The position numbers and the translations under genes were made by a program. A stretch of DNA of 64,000 nt from Octopus bimaculoides (lineage: Eukaryota), in assembly GCF_001194135.2 (NCBI RefSeq), contig NC_068995.1:35427159-35491158 (forward strand), given 5' to 3'. This document shows positions 49,755 through 63,779 of the stretch, piece after piece; positions within the stretch are counted from its first letter, which is position 1; the number at the start of each line of letters is the position of its first letter. Below the pieces are notes generated by a model. It made no database searches. It was not told the origin of the DNA and was given only the letters and a program-made list of their open reading frames with translations.

Positions 49755-52700
49755 ACACACACGCACACACATACACACACACACTCGCATGCGAACGTGT
49801 GTGGATTGCTTTCTATTGAGTTTGTAGCTAATTGTTTATTAAATCATCCTATTTACTCTATCACCGTTGTGATAAATAATGAATATCTTCTGGGCTCTTT
49901 TTATTTTCTATATTGCTTAGCCTCTTGTTTCGCTTACAACTCCAAATCTTTGGCTTCCATTTTACTTCATCTTCTATACTTTTTCCTTTTTCTCGTCCTT
50001 TTTCTTTACAATTTTATTCTTTATTTTCACTGTTTCTGAAACCTTGCCATATTAAGATTATTTCTCTGTTTAAATTCTTATTTCAATTTTTCTTTATAAA
50101 TTCTCCCTTCATCACTTCTCTGGTTCTGTTATGTTCCAAATACTATTCTGTTGACGCCTTACTTAGGGATCTAACACATTTCATTTAAATCGCTTAGGCT
50201 TCCAACGGAGCTAGGTTATGCTTAAATTCATTAGTGTTCAATGATGTAAATAATAATGATTTGATAGTGAAATATTATTCGCTCAACATCATTTGATAGG
50301 CGAGTGTAATGTATGAATGCTTCAGAAATCAGAGAGACGTAAAGAATTGTAAATGATTAAATTAATATTTTTGTAAGAAGTGATACCTAAGAAATGCAAA
50401 TTTATATGAATCGCCACAAACGCGATGATGTATAATGATGATAATATTTATTATTACGTACATGAGTTTTTGTTATCAAATTTCTATGATCAGATATCTT
50501 TAACGAAGTTATGAATGAATTTCCTATTATTACTTTAACAGAGGAAATTACTCGTTTGTGCATCTTCATAAGCTTCGGTAATTACCAAAATATCACCAAA
50601 AAGCAAAGAAATATTCGATACATATTTCAGGTTGTTAGAAACATAATAAGTTAATAAATAACTCATTACCTCAATTAAGATTTAATGCCTTCATATCATA
50701 TCTCAATAAGTAGTGAGGCATAAAACAATAGAAAGTAATCCGTAGATATAGTAATTAGATGTATAATCTGACGATCTCTATAGCAAAACAAATGCATGAA
50801 AATGTTTCACAAAACGTTATTGTAATCATTGTATTTGTAATAACAACATGTGTTGAAGCATAAGAAACCTTTAAATAATCTGCTTTATGAATAATTTGAA
50901 AAGAAATTGGAAAATATACGGGAAGCTTTTATTAGATACCACTTGAATCTCATCAGGTTATTTCTATTATTATTATTCTATCCTTTTCCGCTGCATCAAT
51001 CCGCGTGTTGTCAACAGTTAACGCAACCCATCAACATGCTCTCACACTTTTGGTTAGCTAGAAAGATACGTTTTAGTCCGGAACTACATTCTGCTTCTGA
51101 TTGCTAGAATGATATATCGTTTTACTGAATTTGTAAGCTACGTACTTGCAATAAAAAGTGATATTTGCAATATGGTTGTTGCTCTCTATATCTATAGTGA
51201 ATGACACGTGTACTTTTACATTTGTTTCTCCATTCATTCTATATAATTTGCGTGCTTTCTAATGAATAAGTCCACTCCGAAATGAACCAAAGAACTTTAT
51301 TTATATGTGGTCACCCCATCTGCTGGAAATAGCAGCCAAATTCTGCTTAAAACACATCCTACAATCTTAAAAATATTATATGTTAGGGAACGTAATCTTG
51401 GAAATACAAGATGGATTAGTTAAGATTAGAATTTTTTACTTTTTTTTAATGCGCAGTTAGCACTAAACTATAGCCAGAAAACTATACTAACGTCTACAAA
51501 TACCTAACTCAAGAATTATTATAGGAGATTAGCTTATATTTCACGTCCTCTTGTGAACTATATAGCTCATAAACTTAGTAATCCCTTAAAGTACAGTAAT
51601 ATCCATATTTTGCTGAAGAGGTCCATTAACATTGAAACATGACCGGAGTATTTATCATTCCTGTTGAAATTAGTAAAACACTGCTGTTAATTGAATTAAT
51701 ATAATTTATCACAGCGTGCATTAAACATGTTAACATCAACTCAGTTATTCCTTTTTTTACGCTGTGTTATTTAGATTTTTGGGCCTAGACTTAAGCGAGT
51801 TGCCCTGTTAGGGCTAGTGTCTGCTCCCATTTTCTCATGGTACTCCTTCAGAACGGTATCCGCCACTTTGATTCCCGTTGTGTGAAACACCATCACAATA
51901 ACATGGTATGAATATGCAGAGATGACTCTCCTCTGATCTAGTTCGAGTGAGATGCCCGTAGATGCCATTAACCTCCGCTGCAAAGTTTCCAACGCCAAGA
52001 CAATGGTAGGTAGCATCCTTGGCGGAGCAAGCATGCAATGCGAATGGGTTCCGATTGGTGGATATGTATTGTGATTACCGAAATAATACTACTAATTATC
52101 TAAATAATCATATAGAAAGAACGGATTTATAAAGCTTCCGCAATCTTTAAGAAAATGAATACCGAAAAATCACAGATCAACAAAGAAAGTAAAAAAAGAA
52201 TGCACAAATATAACAAGAGAGTGCAGTACTTTTCTCTTAACAACAGCGAATGTCATAAGTATCGAGCGACTAGTAAATAAACTATTACCCACGTGAGACA
52301 GGTGTAATAGTTGATTGGCGTACTTTTGGTTGAATAGCTATCACTAACTCATGGAGAAAAGTAAAAATTTATCGGGTTTGAATTGGAGGGCAAATATGTA
52401 AAAAAAAATGATATGCTCTGGACAAATAATTCGTCGAAAGAATGAAACAAGTACCTGTCCCGTTGCCCTTTTTCTTCTATTACTACCTCATGGAGAACCT
52501 ATGGGATATTAATAGAAGCACATGTCTCACGAGTGTAATACCTCATTTACTAATCCTTTAATAAATCAAAATAAAATTAGCTGTCGGCAATAGGAAAGTA
52601 CAAGAGGTGCTATTCGAAATCAAAAGTCACGCGAAAAGTAAAAATTTGCTAAATTGCAAGGAAACCTGATACATAAAAGGCCACATAGTCTCTTTGAACA

Positions 52701-54629
52701 AAAAATACGTAACAGTTTATCTCCAAGCAAACGGGTTCATGAAGAACGAGGCTATATATAGACCTCTATATAATATTTATTGCAAAAGAAATTTAAAAAT
52801 AGCTTTGGGAGATGTATGCATGAGCAATGTATCCACACTACAGACGAGATATTTTATTAAAACATTTGGTTTCAGAAATGAGGATCGATAACAAAACAAG
52901 TAGCCACAGACAACGAAAATGAATAAGTAAAAATCACCAGAAGAAATATTTTGAATAACACACAAACACTGTACGAATATGTGCGAAGATAATTCTTGCA
53001 ACGTCCCCTATGCAAGATGTTTATCCATATTCTCTGAGTTAGTGAAAAAGTTACGCGCCTAAAGACCGTGTGTTATATAGGTACGTTCCTTTATACATGA
53101 ATATACTCCCATTTTACATTTCAAAATAGAATAGGAAAGTATGATTCAGTCTTAGCTTGATTTTCTTGCAATAACTTCTGTTATTGCTATAATATTTAGT
53201 TCAAATTGTGCACTAGTCTACTTAACCTCTTATTTCCCGGAGTCAGTAAAATAATCGACCTTGGAAGGCAATGTCCCAGCATGACTGCACTCGAATAAAA
53301 GAACATCAGCTAAGGGATAAATAAATGTTTAACTATCTATAACTGAAGATTGATATGCTTACACAGACACAGTGTGTATGCATATGTGCGTCTGTGTGTG
53401 CCTGTACACAAGAAATTTAACTGGAGGTAACGCTTAATGTTTATACTGGAATTTTTCTTGACAGTTCATTTTATTTCCTGCGCTGTGTTTGTGAGATGAA
53501 TGGGTTAAATTTTAGATTTAGAAATAGAAAATGGAAATTCTTAATTCAGTCTTGGCTTGCTTTTACTACTATAGCTATCGTCGTTCTTACTATTGTCAGT
53601 TATATTTATTGAAATGACAGAAGAATCTTGGGTGGGGATGCAAATGCTGGGAATATTGTTAGTCAAAGTATAATTCTATGTTTGAAGAAGAGAACATAAT
53701 CAAAAAGCAAACACCTAATTTCAAAAAGTAAATAATATATGCAAACAACCGTCAAGACTCAATGAAAATATTAATGATTATCATTGTCAGGAAGAACATG
53801 GTTTCTTACAGAAATATAATACCAATGGAAAATGAATAACAGAAAAATTGCAAAAATTTATGAAAAGAACAAACTATAAATAAAAAAAATATGGAGCTAT
53901 AATAAATTCACCCATTAGATCTGTAAAAATATAAAGAAAAAACATTGTATATTAGGTTTATTTCCATATTGGAAAATATGTCCTATTTAATACAAGCATC
54001 AAGAGTAGAAAATAACTAGAAGAGATAAAACTAAAATGAAAATAATAAAAAAATTAATGGATTATAGAGATCTAAAATAGAGTATAATTAAATATGGAGA
54101 TTAATTAAACAAAAAAGATAATTTTAAAACGGCAATAAACAAAATACATAATATTAAAAGAAGAATAAAATTATGGTGAATTCACCATGAGAGTGAAATG
54201 GAAAAAATAACAACTGTATAGCCAAAACCAAAATGAAGACTATAAATGGAAAATATATGAGGAAAAAATCATGTAAAATAAAAAATAATTCATTTTTATA
54301 GAATAAGATTAATAAAGAAATTATGGAATACACTTATAATTACGATACAAAATAGTTACATGTAAATTGTATAAATCTTGCAGCAAAAACGACAATGGTA
54401 ATAGTTCTTTCTAATTTTGACACAAATCAGGTGATTTTTAGGAGGTGGGAGTCAGCGGGTTACATTAACCCCAGTATTTAACTGGTACTTTAATTGAACT
54501 CGACGGGACTGGAATTCAGGCGGTAAAAAGACAACAGTTCTCTCTCTCTCTCCCTCTCTCCCTCTCTCAAACTCTCTCACTCTCTCCCTCTCTCAAACTC
54601 TCTCACTCTCTCGATTTCTCGCTCTCTGT

Positions 54630-55500
54630 GTGGACATCAATTCTCAGCGGAGTCCTTTAGGGAACTGTACTGGGACCACCAGTATTTGTGATAACTCTCA
54701 GATACGCTCTCAGATACGCTCTCAGCTATACAATCACCAGCCATGCTGATGATACAAAAGTATCACAGCCGTTCAAGGACCCTGGTGACATCCTAAAACT
54801 GCAGAAAAACTTGAATACATTATGCAAGTGGGCTGATGAAAATAACATGCTTTTCAATGCTAAGAAGTTTCAAGCACAAACAGACTCAGAGTTGGTGCTG
54901 ACCTGGAAATTCCCATGAGTAATGATGTAACATTCTACGTGCATATTACCAACATGATATCAATGTGCAGGCGAGTAGCTGAAGAGATTCTGAGAGAGAT
55001 CTTCTAAAAAAGAGTACCATGCCGGTTCTATGGACCCAAATGTGGTCACCGCAGATTGTTAAACGGGTGGCGTAACTTGAAGCAATTCAGCGCTACTACA
55101 CAAAGAAGATTGACTCAGTACAACGGAAGAGATACTGAGAAAGGCTTAAGGAACTAAAACTCTACTCTCCAGCGAAAATGTGCGAAAGATATACAGTGGT
55201 ATACGTATAGAGGCTGGTGAGAGGTTTGGCTCCCAATTTGGAACTGAAATCTATACCAACCACTGTATAATATCAAATCTCCCGTCTCCTTCATCTACAA
55301 TGAGGACTGAATAGAGTAACAGCTCGAGTTTCAAAGGTCTGCAATTATTCAACATTCTGCCAAACAGCTTCACAAATTGCGTTGTGTAGATGTGGCGTTC
55401 TTCAACGAATGTCTGGACGAATTCTGAGATACGAGTGAATCAACATCACGACAGGGGGTACAAGGAAGAGCAGATCCGTCCAACTACATGCTTTATCAGC
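54630..55500 (+). mobile_element. CR1-clade LINE 3' portion (RT C-half)
   Basis: SGVL*GTVLGP, SHADDTKVS..LQKNLNTLCKWADENNMLFNAKKFQ (ORF 54688-54918), and later LEAIQRYYTKKI and LFNILP-like motifs. Confidence 0.85.
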
Positions 55501-55680
55501 AACAATACAAACATGAGACCCAATCACACTAACGGAAACTAGTAAAAGATTAAAGAAATATATATATATACATACATACATACATACATATATATACATA
55601 TATATATACACACACACACACGCACACACACACACACACACACTCACACACACACGCACCACGCACGCACGCACATATAT

Positions 55681-55883
55681 ACTCTTTTACTTGTTTCAGT
55701 CTTTTGACTATGGCCATGCTGGAGCACCGCCTTTAGTCGAGCAAATCGACCCCAGGACTTATTCTTTGGAAGCCTAGTACTTATTCTTTCGGTCTCTTTT
55801 GCCGAACCGCTAAGTTACGGGGACGTAAACACACCAGCATCGGTTGTCAAGCGATGTTGGGGGGACAAACACAGACATACAAA
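55681..55883 (-). mobile_element. Near-complete SINE (family B)
   Basis: Reverse complement of 5993-6150, with an extra internal segment. Confidence 0.88.
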
Positions 55884-56312
55884 NNNNNNNNNNNNNNNNN
55901 NNNNNNNNNNNNNNNNNNNNNNNNNNNNNNNNNNNNNNNNNNNNNNNNNNNNNNNNNNNNNNNNNNNNNNNNNNNNNNNNNNNNNNNNNNNNNNNNNNNN
56001 NNNNNNNNNNNNNNNNNNNNNNNNNNNNNNNNNNNNNNNNNNNNNNNNNNNNNNNNNNNNNNNNNNNNNNNNNNNNNNNNNNNNNNNNNNNNNNNNNNNN
56101 NNNNNNNNNNNNNNNNNNNNNNNNNNNNNNNNNNNNNNNNNNNNNNNNNNNNNNNNNNNNNNNNNNNNNNNNNNNNNNNNNNNNNNNNNNNNNNNNNNNN
56201 NNNNNNNNNNNNNNNNNNNNNNNNNNNNNAAAAGGTTGAAGAGGAACACACGAGTAGATATATATGGAAAAAAGACAAAGTAGATAATGCTAAAATACTT
56301 TTACAAAGAACA

Positions 56313-56354
56313 TTACAGAACCGGTTTCGATCCTTGAGATCTTTTCAACAGTAA
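56313..56354 (-). ncRNA. Type I minimal hammerhead with a U3-A8 variant core at the PLE 3' end
   Basis: TTACTG/CTGTAA stem I (5 of 6 pairs), TTGAAAA core, GATC-TCAAG-GATC stem II, GAAA, palindromic ACCGGT stem III, GUU triplet. Confidence 0.65.
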
Positions 56355-57850
56355 ATATGAATAATAGATTTTTGAAAAATTATTGAAAAATTAAATTTTG
56401 ATAAATTTAACAGAAAAGTCTTTTTAAATACATATTTGTATAGTATTCAAGTAACAGCGGCATTTTTCTTGTTTCTGCCTGTCTCTTCTGTTTCACTTGT
56501 TAACTGTTGTGGGTTCGAAGAAGGAGTGCTATGATAGTAGCAGTGTTAATTGGTTGGGTTTCCTGATATTGACCTGTTGATGGACGTAGTGATCTGTATT
56601 GTTTATAATGTTTGCGTGGGTGTTATTCTAGACAGCAGTAACGGAGGAGGTGGTGGAAAGGAAGAAGAAGATGCCGGAGAAGATGAGGGATCGGGAGAAG
56701 GAGAGAAATAGTAAAATGCAGGAAAGAGTGATAGTAACTAGTCGAGTAAGTAGTGATTGGGGTTGTTTTTTTATATTTTTTAATTTTTTTATAAATCCTT
56801 GCGTATCTATTTGGAGTTTATCATTTTTAATATTTGTGTGTGTGTTTTATTCTAAGGTCGTGGTGGATATGTCATTCGTTGTAGATGCGTTCAGAAGGGG
56901 TCTGTATTTTGTGATGAAGAGAGATTCTTTACTTATTCTTTGGCTGTAGGAGGTATCGTCTCTGAATTGGTAGAGGGGAAAGATTTTGAAACTAGGTTTT
57001 TATTATTGGCGCAAATATTGATGTGTTGGCTGAATACTATTTTTCTGTTTTGGGGAATTTTTATTTGGGATTTGTGCAGAGCCATCCGTTGACGCAGGCT
57101 GTTTTTCGTTTGGCCTAAGTACTGCTCTTGACACCCAGAGCAGGTCAATGCGTATATCAGGTTCTCCGAAGTACATGTGAAGTTACTTTTCACTGTAAAA
57201 TTTTGTCCCTGTTTGAAGGAGAACTCTGATCCCGAAACTAAGCTGACACGTATCCCGCAGTTGGGTCTACCGCATTTTTGTAACGGACGGCTTCAGTGTT
57301 TGTGTCGAGCGTACTCGAGCTTGTGTTAGGAGACTTTTCAGAGATTTGGGCTATCTTTGGCTTTTTATAATGGTGTGTGTTTGGAGGAATAAGTTCATTC
57401 TGTCGTCCTTTTTTAGCAGGGGAATATTTTGAAGGATGGTGTCGAAGGCTTCATTGTTAAGAGGGTTGTATGTGGAAATGTATGGTAGCGCCTTTAATTG
57501 CAAGACCTTCTTAAATTTGGGATGTCTGAGGTCGTGGATGCTGAGTTGAAGGGCTCGTTCAAAGCATGTGTCAATTAGTGTAGATGGGTAGTTCCCGGGG
57601 GTGAGAGTATCCTTTAGTTCATGTAGTCGAGTGTCCCTGGTGGTTGCATTAGAAACTATAGTAAAGGGATCTTAGATTTGTTGCTTATGTCGTGAATTTC
57701 GAGTTTGCTGAGAGTCTTTTATGAATGCGTAGATGAAAGAGGAGTAGAATGGTGATGATTTGGGATTCTTTAATTATTTTTCTGATAGTTGATGATTAGA
57801 GTAAGATTGTAAGGTATCGACTGGCCGAATGTAAGATGTCATGGTTACTA
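56313..57850 (-). mobile_element. Penelope-like element, 3' portion (RT thumb/linker plus GIY-YIG endonuclease)
   Basis: Minus strand: SIPYNL (~57810), RLHELKDTL..YP..LID, YISTYNP, KCGRPNC, FTCTSENLIYALTCSGCQEQYLGQTKNSLRQRM (ORF 56933-57193), ESLFITKYRPLLN. Few lesions in the EN region. Confidence 0.92.
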
Positions 57851-57911
57851 TAATTACGAGTGGCAACAAACAGAATATTTGTTTTTATTGTTCTTTTCTT
57901 TTTTTTCGTGC

Positions 57912-58109
57912 TCATTGTGTCAGATAAATTGGCATCTCTTTTGCCGTGTTTATGACATGTTTTACAAAATATTCCGCATATTTTTGTTTCTGAAGGTTTA
58001 TGTTTAGTTCTACCAATTGTGTCTCTCGTTTATTTGTATCCACAACTATTGAAAATACACATCTTGTCATATTAAATAAAATCTTCCGTTTAATACGGAT
58101 GCGTGGCAT
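57912..58109 (-). pseudogene. Second, older PLE RT-thumb fragment
   Basis: ILFNMTRCVFSIVVDTNKRETQLVELNINLQKQKY..VINTAKEMP resembles the PLE IPFNLARRI..R..L.EL...L..QKYP motif. Confidence 0.65.
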
Positions 58110-59249
58110 GACCTAACACTTATCTATAAATGTATATCTGTGTCGTATATAACAGTGTTATTTTCCTAAATTACCAGAAGGTCTAAACGAAGAAGCTCTC
58201 TTTCATTCATTTCCATAGTTACTCAAGTCGATTCTGCTTTTTAACTGAAGGAATCTTATAAGGTTTTCCTTACTTCCTTACTTCCCAAAATATGACGCAG
58301 TCACCCAGAAAATTTTTTCTGTTATCTTTTAAATAGAATTAGAAATATTGATGAAAAGTTATCCCAAAACTGGCGTTGATTTCTTTCCAGGGAAAAAAAG
58401 CGTACTGGAAAGCACTTAGAATCGAAAATCTTGAAAACACATAAGAGATTTTAAAAACTGAGTATTAGTCGGTTTTCCATGTAAATTTGGAGTCAAGGAG
58501 ATAAGATCAGAATGAAATCAGCAAACGAAAATCGGAATACACTTCGTACTTTAAACGTTCGAATTAATCCTACAAGGAGTACCTAAATTCAAACTCAAAT
58601 TCGAAAAATGTGACGCCGTTGTGGAGAAGGAATTCACCCAAAGACATTCGAAAAGACATGTGAAGAAATATTAGATCTCTAGGGAAATGCCATATAAAGA
58701 CAAAGAACAAAATCAACTACTAGAATCGTAATACCCGTGGTTACAAGAATATGAGACTAATTCAGAATAGAAATAGAGAAAAGTAAATATAGACTCAAAT
58801 TTTTATTTTTATTACAAAACTTAACAAAAGCATAAAGAACCGTAACCCTCCCTCAATAGTATACAAATTAGAAGAAGAAATAATGACAGAGAGAGACAAC
58901 CCAGAACCGTTCGAATGCAGAATTAATGAATCAAAATGTAGAGAAATTAATCAGTTCATATTAAACCAAACTCGACCACCATAAAACGTTTCCAAACAAT
59001 AGCAATAGAAGAGACGCAAAAATACAAATAAGCCAGAGAAAATAGTATGAATCTGCTCAAAACAAGTCAACATACCACGGAAGACGTTATAGCAATTAAT
59101 ATTGGACATGAAATAAAATGGAAACATCTCCTCGAAAAACATAGTATAGAAATGCAGAGTATAAATGACTCACAAAACAAAATCCTTTTAGGGAGCAATA
59201 GTTCCAAACTAAAACAAAAGAAAACAATACAAAAATCCAAGGAAATACA

Positions 59250-59800
59250 AAACCATGAAAAATGAAATAATATTTTGGGAATATGGTCTTAAATTCACAT
59301 CAACTTCAAAACTACTCGCAGCAGGTCATATAAAAAAGATAGTGAGGAATTTCGTAGAAAACTTCCTCTACAGGAATTCTTTGAAACGAAGGTTTGCAAA
59401 GATGTGTAACTTGCAAAATGATGAAACGAATTTTTGCAGCTGGGGTTTGGAAATATTATTTAACTCTCTGTACAAGAAGAGATTTCTCCTGAACGACGTC
59501 CAGGTGTCTCATTTTCCTCGGCCAAGCAACTCGAATTAATAAGCATCCTATTCGATGAACTACGTGGAATAGCCCACGTAACATTGCCTACATAACGGTA
59601 GTTCACCTATTTTGTAAAAGTGGAACATTTTCGACCACATAACGGGTTTTGACTATTACAAGTCCACAGTGGATCTATCAAACTTTCTCATTCAGGAAAC
59701 ATTTACTGGTCGATCAGTGGTGCGTATAATATAAACATGCAGATCTCCGAAAAGCAATAAAACGGATCGCCTATTCCTAATCTATAAATATATGCTATGC
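59250..59800 (+). pseudogene. Degenerate PLE N-terminal/RT fragment in the opposite orientation
   Basis: EYGLKFTSTSK..IVRNFVENF (ORF 59255-59539) resembles the PLE KGLKFxPTP..EF motif. Downstream sequence is heavily decayed. Confidence 0.5.
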
Positions 59801-59862
59801 ATCAGGTCCAGATCGTGGTTTGCTTTCATTTGCATACACTACTATAGATAATATATGCGTGG

Positions 59863-59912
<50 letters not shown>

Positions 59913-60638
59913 NNNNNNNNNNNNNNNNNNNNNNNNNNNNNNNNNNNNNNNNNNNNNNNNNNNNNNNNNNNNNNNNNNNNNNNNNNNNNNNNNNNNNNNN
60001 NNNNNNNNNNNNNNNNNNNNNNNNNNNNNNNNNNNNNNNNNNNNNNNNNNNNNNNNNNNNNNNNNNNNNNNNNNNNNNNNNNNNNNNNNNNNNNNNNNNN
60101 NNNNNNNNNNNNNNNNNNNNNNNNNNNNNNNNNNNNNNNNNNNNNNNNNNNNNNNNNNNNNNNNNNNNNNNNNNNNNNNNNNNNNNNNNNNNNNNNNNNN
60201 NNNNNNNNNNNNNNNNNNNNNNNNNNNNNNNNNNNNNNNNNNNNNNNNNNNNNNNNNNNNNNNNNNNNNNNNNNNNNNNNNNNNNNNNNNNNNNNNNNNN
60301 NNNNNNNNNNNNNNNNNNNNNNNNNNNNNNNNNNNNNNNNNNNNNNNNNNNNNNNNNNNNNNNNNNNNNNNNNNNNNNNNNNNNNNNNNNNNNNNNNNNN
60401 NNNNNNNNNNNNNNNNNNNNNNNNNNNNNNNNNNNNNNNNNNNNNNNNNNNNNNNNNNNNNNNNNNNNNNNNNNNNNNNNNNNNNNNNNNNNNNNNNNNN
60501 NNNNNNNNNNNNNNNNNNNNNNNNNNNNNNNNNNNNNNNNNNNNNNNNNNNNNNNNNNNNNNNNNNNNNNNNNNNNNNNNNNNNNNNNNNNNNNNNNNNN
60601 NNNNNNNNNNNNNNNNNNNNNNNNNNNNNNNNNNNNNN

Positions 60639-60683
<45 letters not shown>

Positions 60684-61596
60684 CATCCTAGAATTATTGT
60701 TTATTATTATATTTATCCTACATTATATCGGTATAACCATGATGCAGCCCCGGAAAACTGATTCATTAGTCAGTATAATTAGACGGTAGCCGGCATAATG
60801 AAATAGGGGCTTTATTGGCATGCCCTTAACGTTACCATAAACCAATCTATATATATAAACACTGCAGAGCATTTTGTATGGCATGACTTTTTCTGTTAAA
60901 TCAGAATATTTTAATTCCATTTAGATTCAATAAGAAGAATTATTTTTTAGGCATCGATACCGTAAGCGTGAATATCATCAGAATCGATCAAATCGACCAA
61001 ACTGCAGTAGCCAATCATGTACAGGCAACTAAATTTAGAGGATTTTTCTCACGAAAGCGTCATAAAATTTTAAAAGATACAGCATACACAGTGCATAAAC
61101 TAAACTGAATAATGTGACGCTTGCAATATTAAGAACATTCTATATTAATTTTATGTTGTCAACTTGGAAACGAATAAACATTTAAAATAACCAAATAAAC
61201 ATGTAAGACAGAAATCCATGAAAGGTTTTAAATTAATATAAAGGAATTAAAATTTATATATTGATTTCGGATATTCAGTTAAAACAAACATTTTGTATTT
61301 CTTATTTTTCTAAACTGTTATTGCTTTTTAGTATTTGTTTTTTTTTCGATCTTATTTGCTGCTATTGTTTTTTGTTTTTTTTTTATTGCTTGATGTTTTT
61401 TTCCTTCTGTTGATGAAGTTTCAGGCATTGAAACATTGATACCTAAAATTTGCTATATTTATGAATAAAATCGAAATGTCATTTAGTGCTAACTTTTCAA
61501 ATGTATTAATGTAATAATAGTTGTCATATCAAATCGATAGATATATATTTAGTTGTATAATTCTATTTTTATTATTGTTATTGATGTTTATTATTA

Positions 61597-61646
<50 letters not shown>

Positions 61647-63325
61647 GAGAATCTTTCATATTGTTCAGTCTCAAGCAATTATTGAATAAAGGAAACCAGA
61701 ACAAACAATCTGTAAATGTATTAATATGAAAGCTTTGCTTGGCTGCTCATAAAATGTCGGAAGATATCGGCAGTAATTTAATTTATATTTTGTGCGCTAC
61801 TTCACTGTGATGGAGAAACTATAATAACAGATGTGAGTTTGGGCTTTGCGTAATTTAAATAATCATTCGACTTCTCAATGTGGATAGAGGTTTTGTCATA
61901 TCTACGATCTCGTATTTGAAATCAAAGCAATAGATATTGTTTAATTACGGCCCTCTCAAACAGTTTCTCACGTGCATGAATAATTTCTTATATTCGATCC
62001 TTTCCAATAGTGAGGTATCCATAAATGAAACGTATATGTGTTGTTTTATCATACCTGAGGTAGTATGCCGTCTGTAGACGAATAAAAACAGGGGAGGAAT
62101 ATGTTTGAAAAGGCGGGGATTCAGGAAATGTAGGCGAGAACCACAGTCCGCAAACCATGCAAAATCCAGTCAACAGGATATGTATAAAGGAATAAATGCA
62201 TGCAGCATATCTAAAGCATTTTACACAGACTAAAAATCTAGGAAATGTTTATCCTTCGCAGGATAAACAAAGGAGTAAAGATTCGCCATCACATTTACTA
62301 GCCAGTTACCTTATCTGGTTGGATTGTTATATCACTCGATGTGCTGCATCATATATACTCAAAGTTTATATCATTCTCCGCGATATTGAAACACACAGCA
62401 AGTCATACCATCATGAATTTTAAAAAAAATAATACAGTTGTACATAATTAGATATGATTATAAATACAATTGGTGGGAGGGTTTAAAATGTCATAGCAAC
62501 ACAACAATCATGCTGACATACCAACTAGTAGGCATAAAATAAAGGAATTAAAGTCGCATAAATCCCAAGAAAAGAACCATTGTGAATGTCCAAGTCAGTA
62601 GCGCAGGCAGGTCAAAGGAAAAGATTTACAGTAAGTAATCTTAGAAGAGGATAATGATTCAGATTCTCGTAGGTCAATGGTACTTTATGAATTCTTGTTT
62701 TCAGTGCTTGTATATAATTCCTTGTTCTACACGAAAGAGCGGACGTCTTCTAGATAGTCAGTCTTTTAGTTTTGGTTTTTATTAACATGTATACTTGAAT
62801 TACACAGAGAAGATGGTCTATCTGTTTTCAATAAAATAATTACCAGAGTATGGATAAATTTATAGAAGAATCAAAGACATATTTATTCCATCATTAGACG
62901 TAAACGATGAAGCCTTAAATTCTAGACACATCCCTGAAAACGATCACAGACAAGCAATTCTCTAACCAAAAACCAAACGATGACACTTCATATATAATTA
63001 CTCCACCCATTTTCTTACACCAGCACTGTTAGTAGAGTGAAAGAGTAAAGGAATATATCCTCTTATCCAGCCACCACCAAAAAAAAAAAAAACTTTCAGC
63101 GGTGCAGTCCTCATTAGAATGCTACCATAAAACACCAGCTCTAGAAAATGTAATATCTGCTCACTATGTAAATTGGATGTAAAAACAAATCCAATTAGAG
63201 TCTTTAACGTTTTTTTTTTCTGTTACACAAAATTTCACACATTTCAGCTGAGGTAAAATAAACTAAAATAAAATAACTAATGTTGTACACTTCTTCCAAT
63301 ATAGTTCAACACAACATAAAGTACA

Positions 63326-63396
63326 TAAGCAATCAACACATAAGCAATCAACACACAAGCAATCAACACATAAGTAATCAGCACAAGCAATCAACA
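63326..63396. repeat. 15-bp tandem repeat, about 4.7 copies (TAAGCAATCAACACA)
   Basis: Directly visible. Confidence 0.92.
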
Positions 63397-63779
63397 TTCA
63401 TTTCCAGCCTCCACTGAATATTTCATATATCCTTAAGAAAGTTATATATAGAGAGAGTCAGAATAAAACGAAGGGACAGTATCCTAAAAGTTAATTCTCA
63501 AAATATAGAGTACGCATTTGAAGCAGGTTCAACCTGCATTTCCAACAACAAAAAAATGAATAGAATTAATTCAACCTACTTATCAAACAGTGTTTGGAAC
63601 GTACTCTCAGCTTATGGTTGAGAATACTTTCTTAGTACGGAGCGTACTTGCTAACACTTCACTGGTATATGAACGGATGAAACAAATTACTGTTTTTAAT
63701 GCATAAAGTTTTCATCTTACTACGAGGTGTTCCATTCAGGTGTGTAACAGTGAGTTATGCTTTTTGTTGGAGATTATCA

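Noticed and set aside
50925-50960. Minus-strand CTGATGA-GAT..ATC hammerhead-like start
   Set aside because: GAAA is replaced by TAAT, so the catalytic core is incomplete.
51771-52038. Possible C-terminus of a CRE/NeSL-type RLE element
   Set aside because: Only vague similarity (LALETL, LDQR) with no diagnostic motif retained. Not listed as a feature.
53700-54400. A-rich block with EFTMRVKWK resembling a PLE N-terminus
   Set aside because: A single short motif in low-complexity sequence. Insufficient support.
61407-61440. CTG-TTGATGA...GAAAC
   Set aside because: No pairing stem II and no cleavage triplet in register. Mentioned only as weak support for the U3-core pattern.
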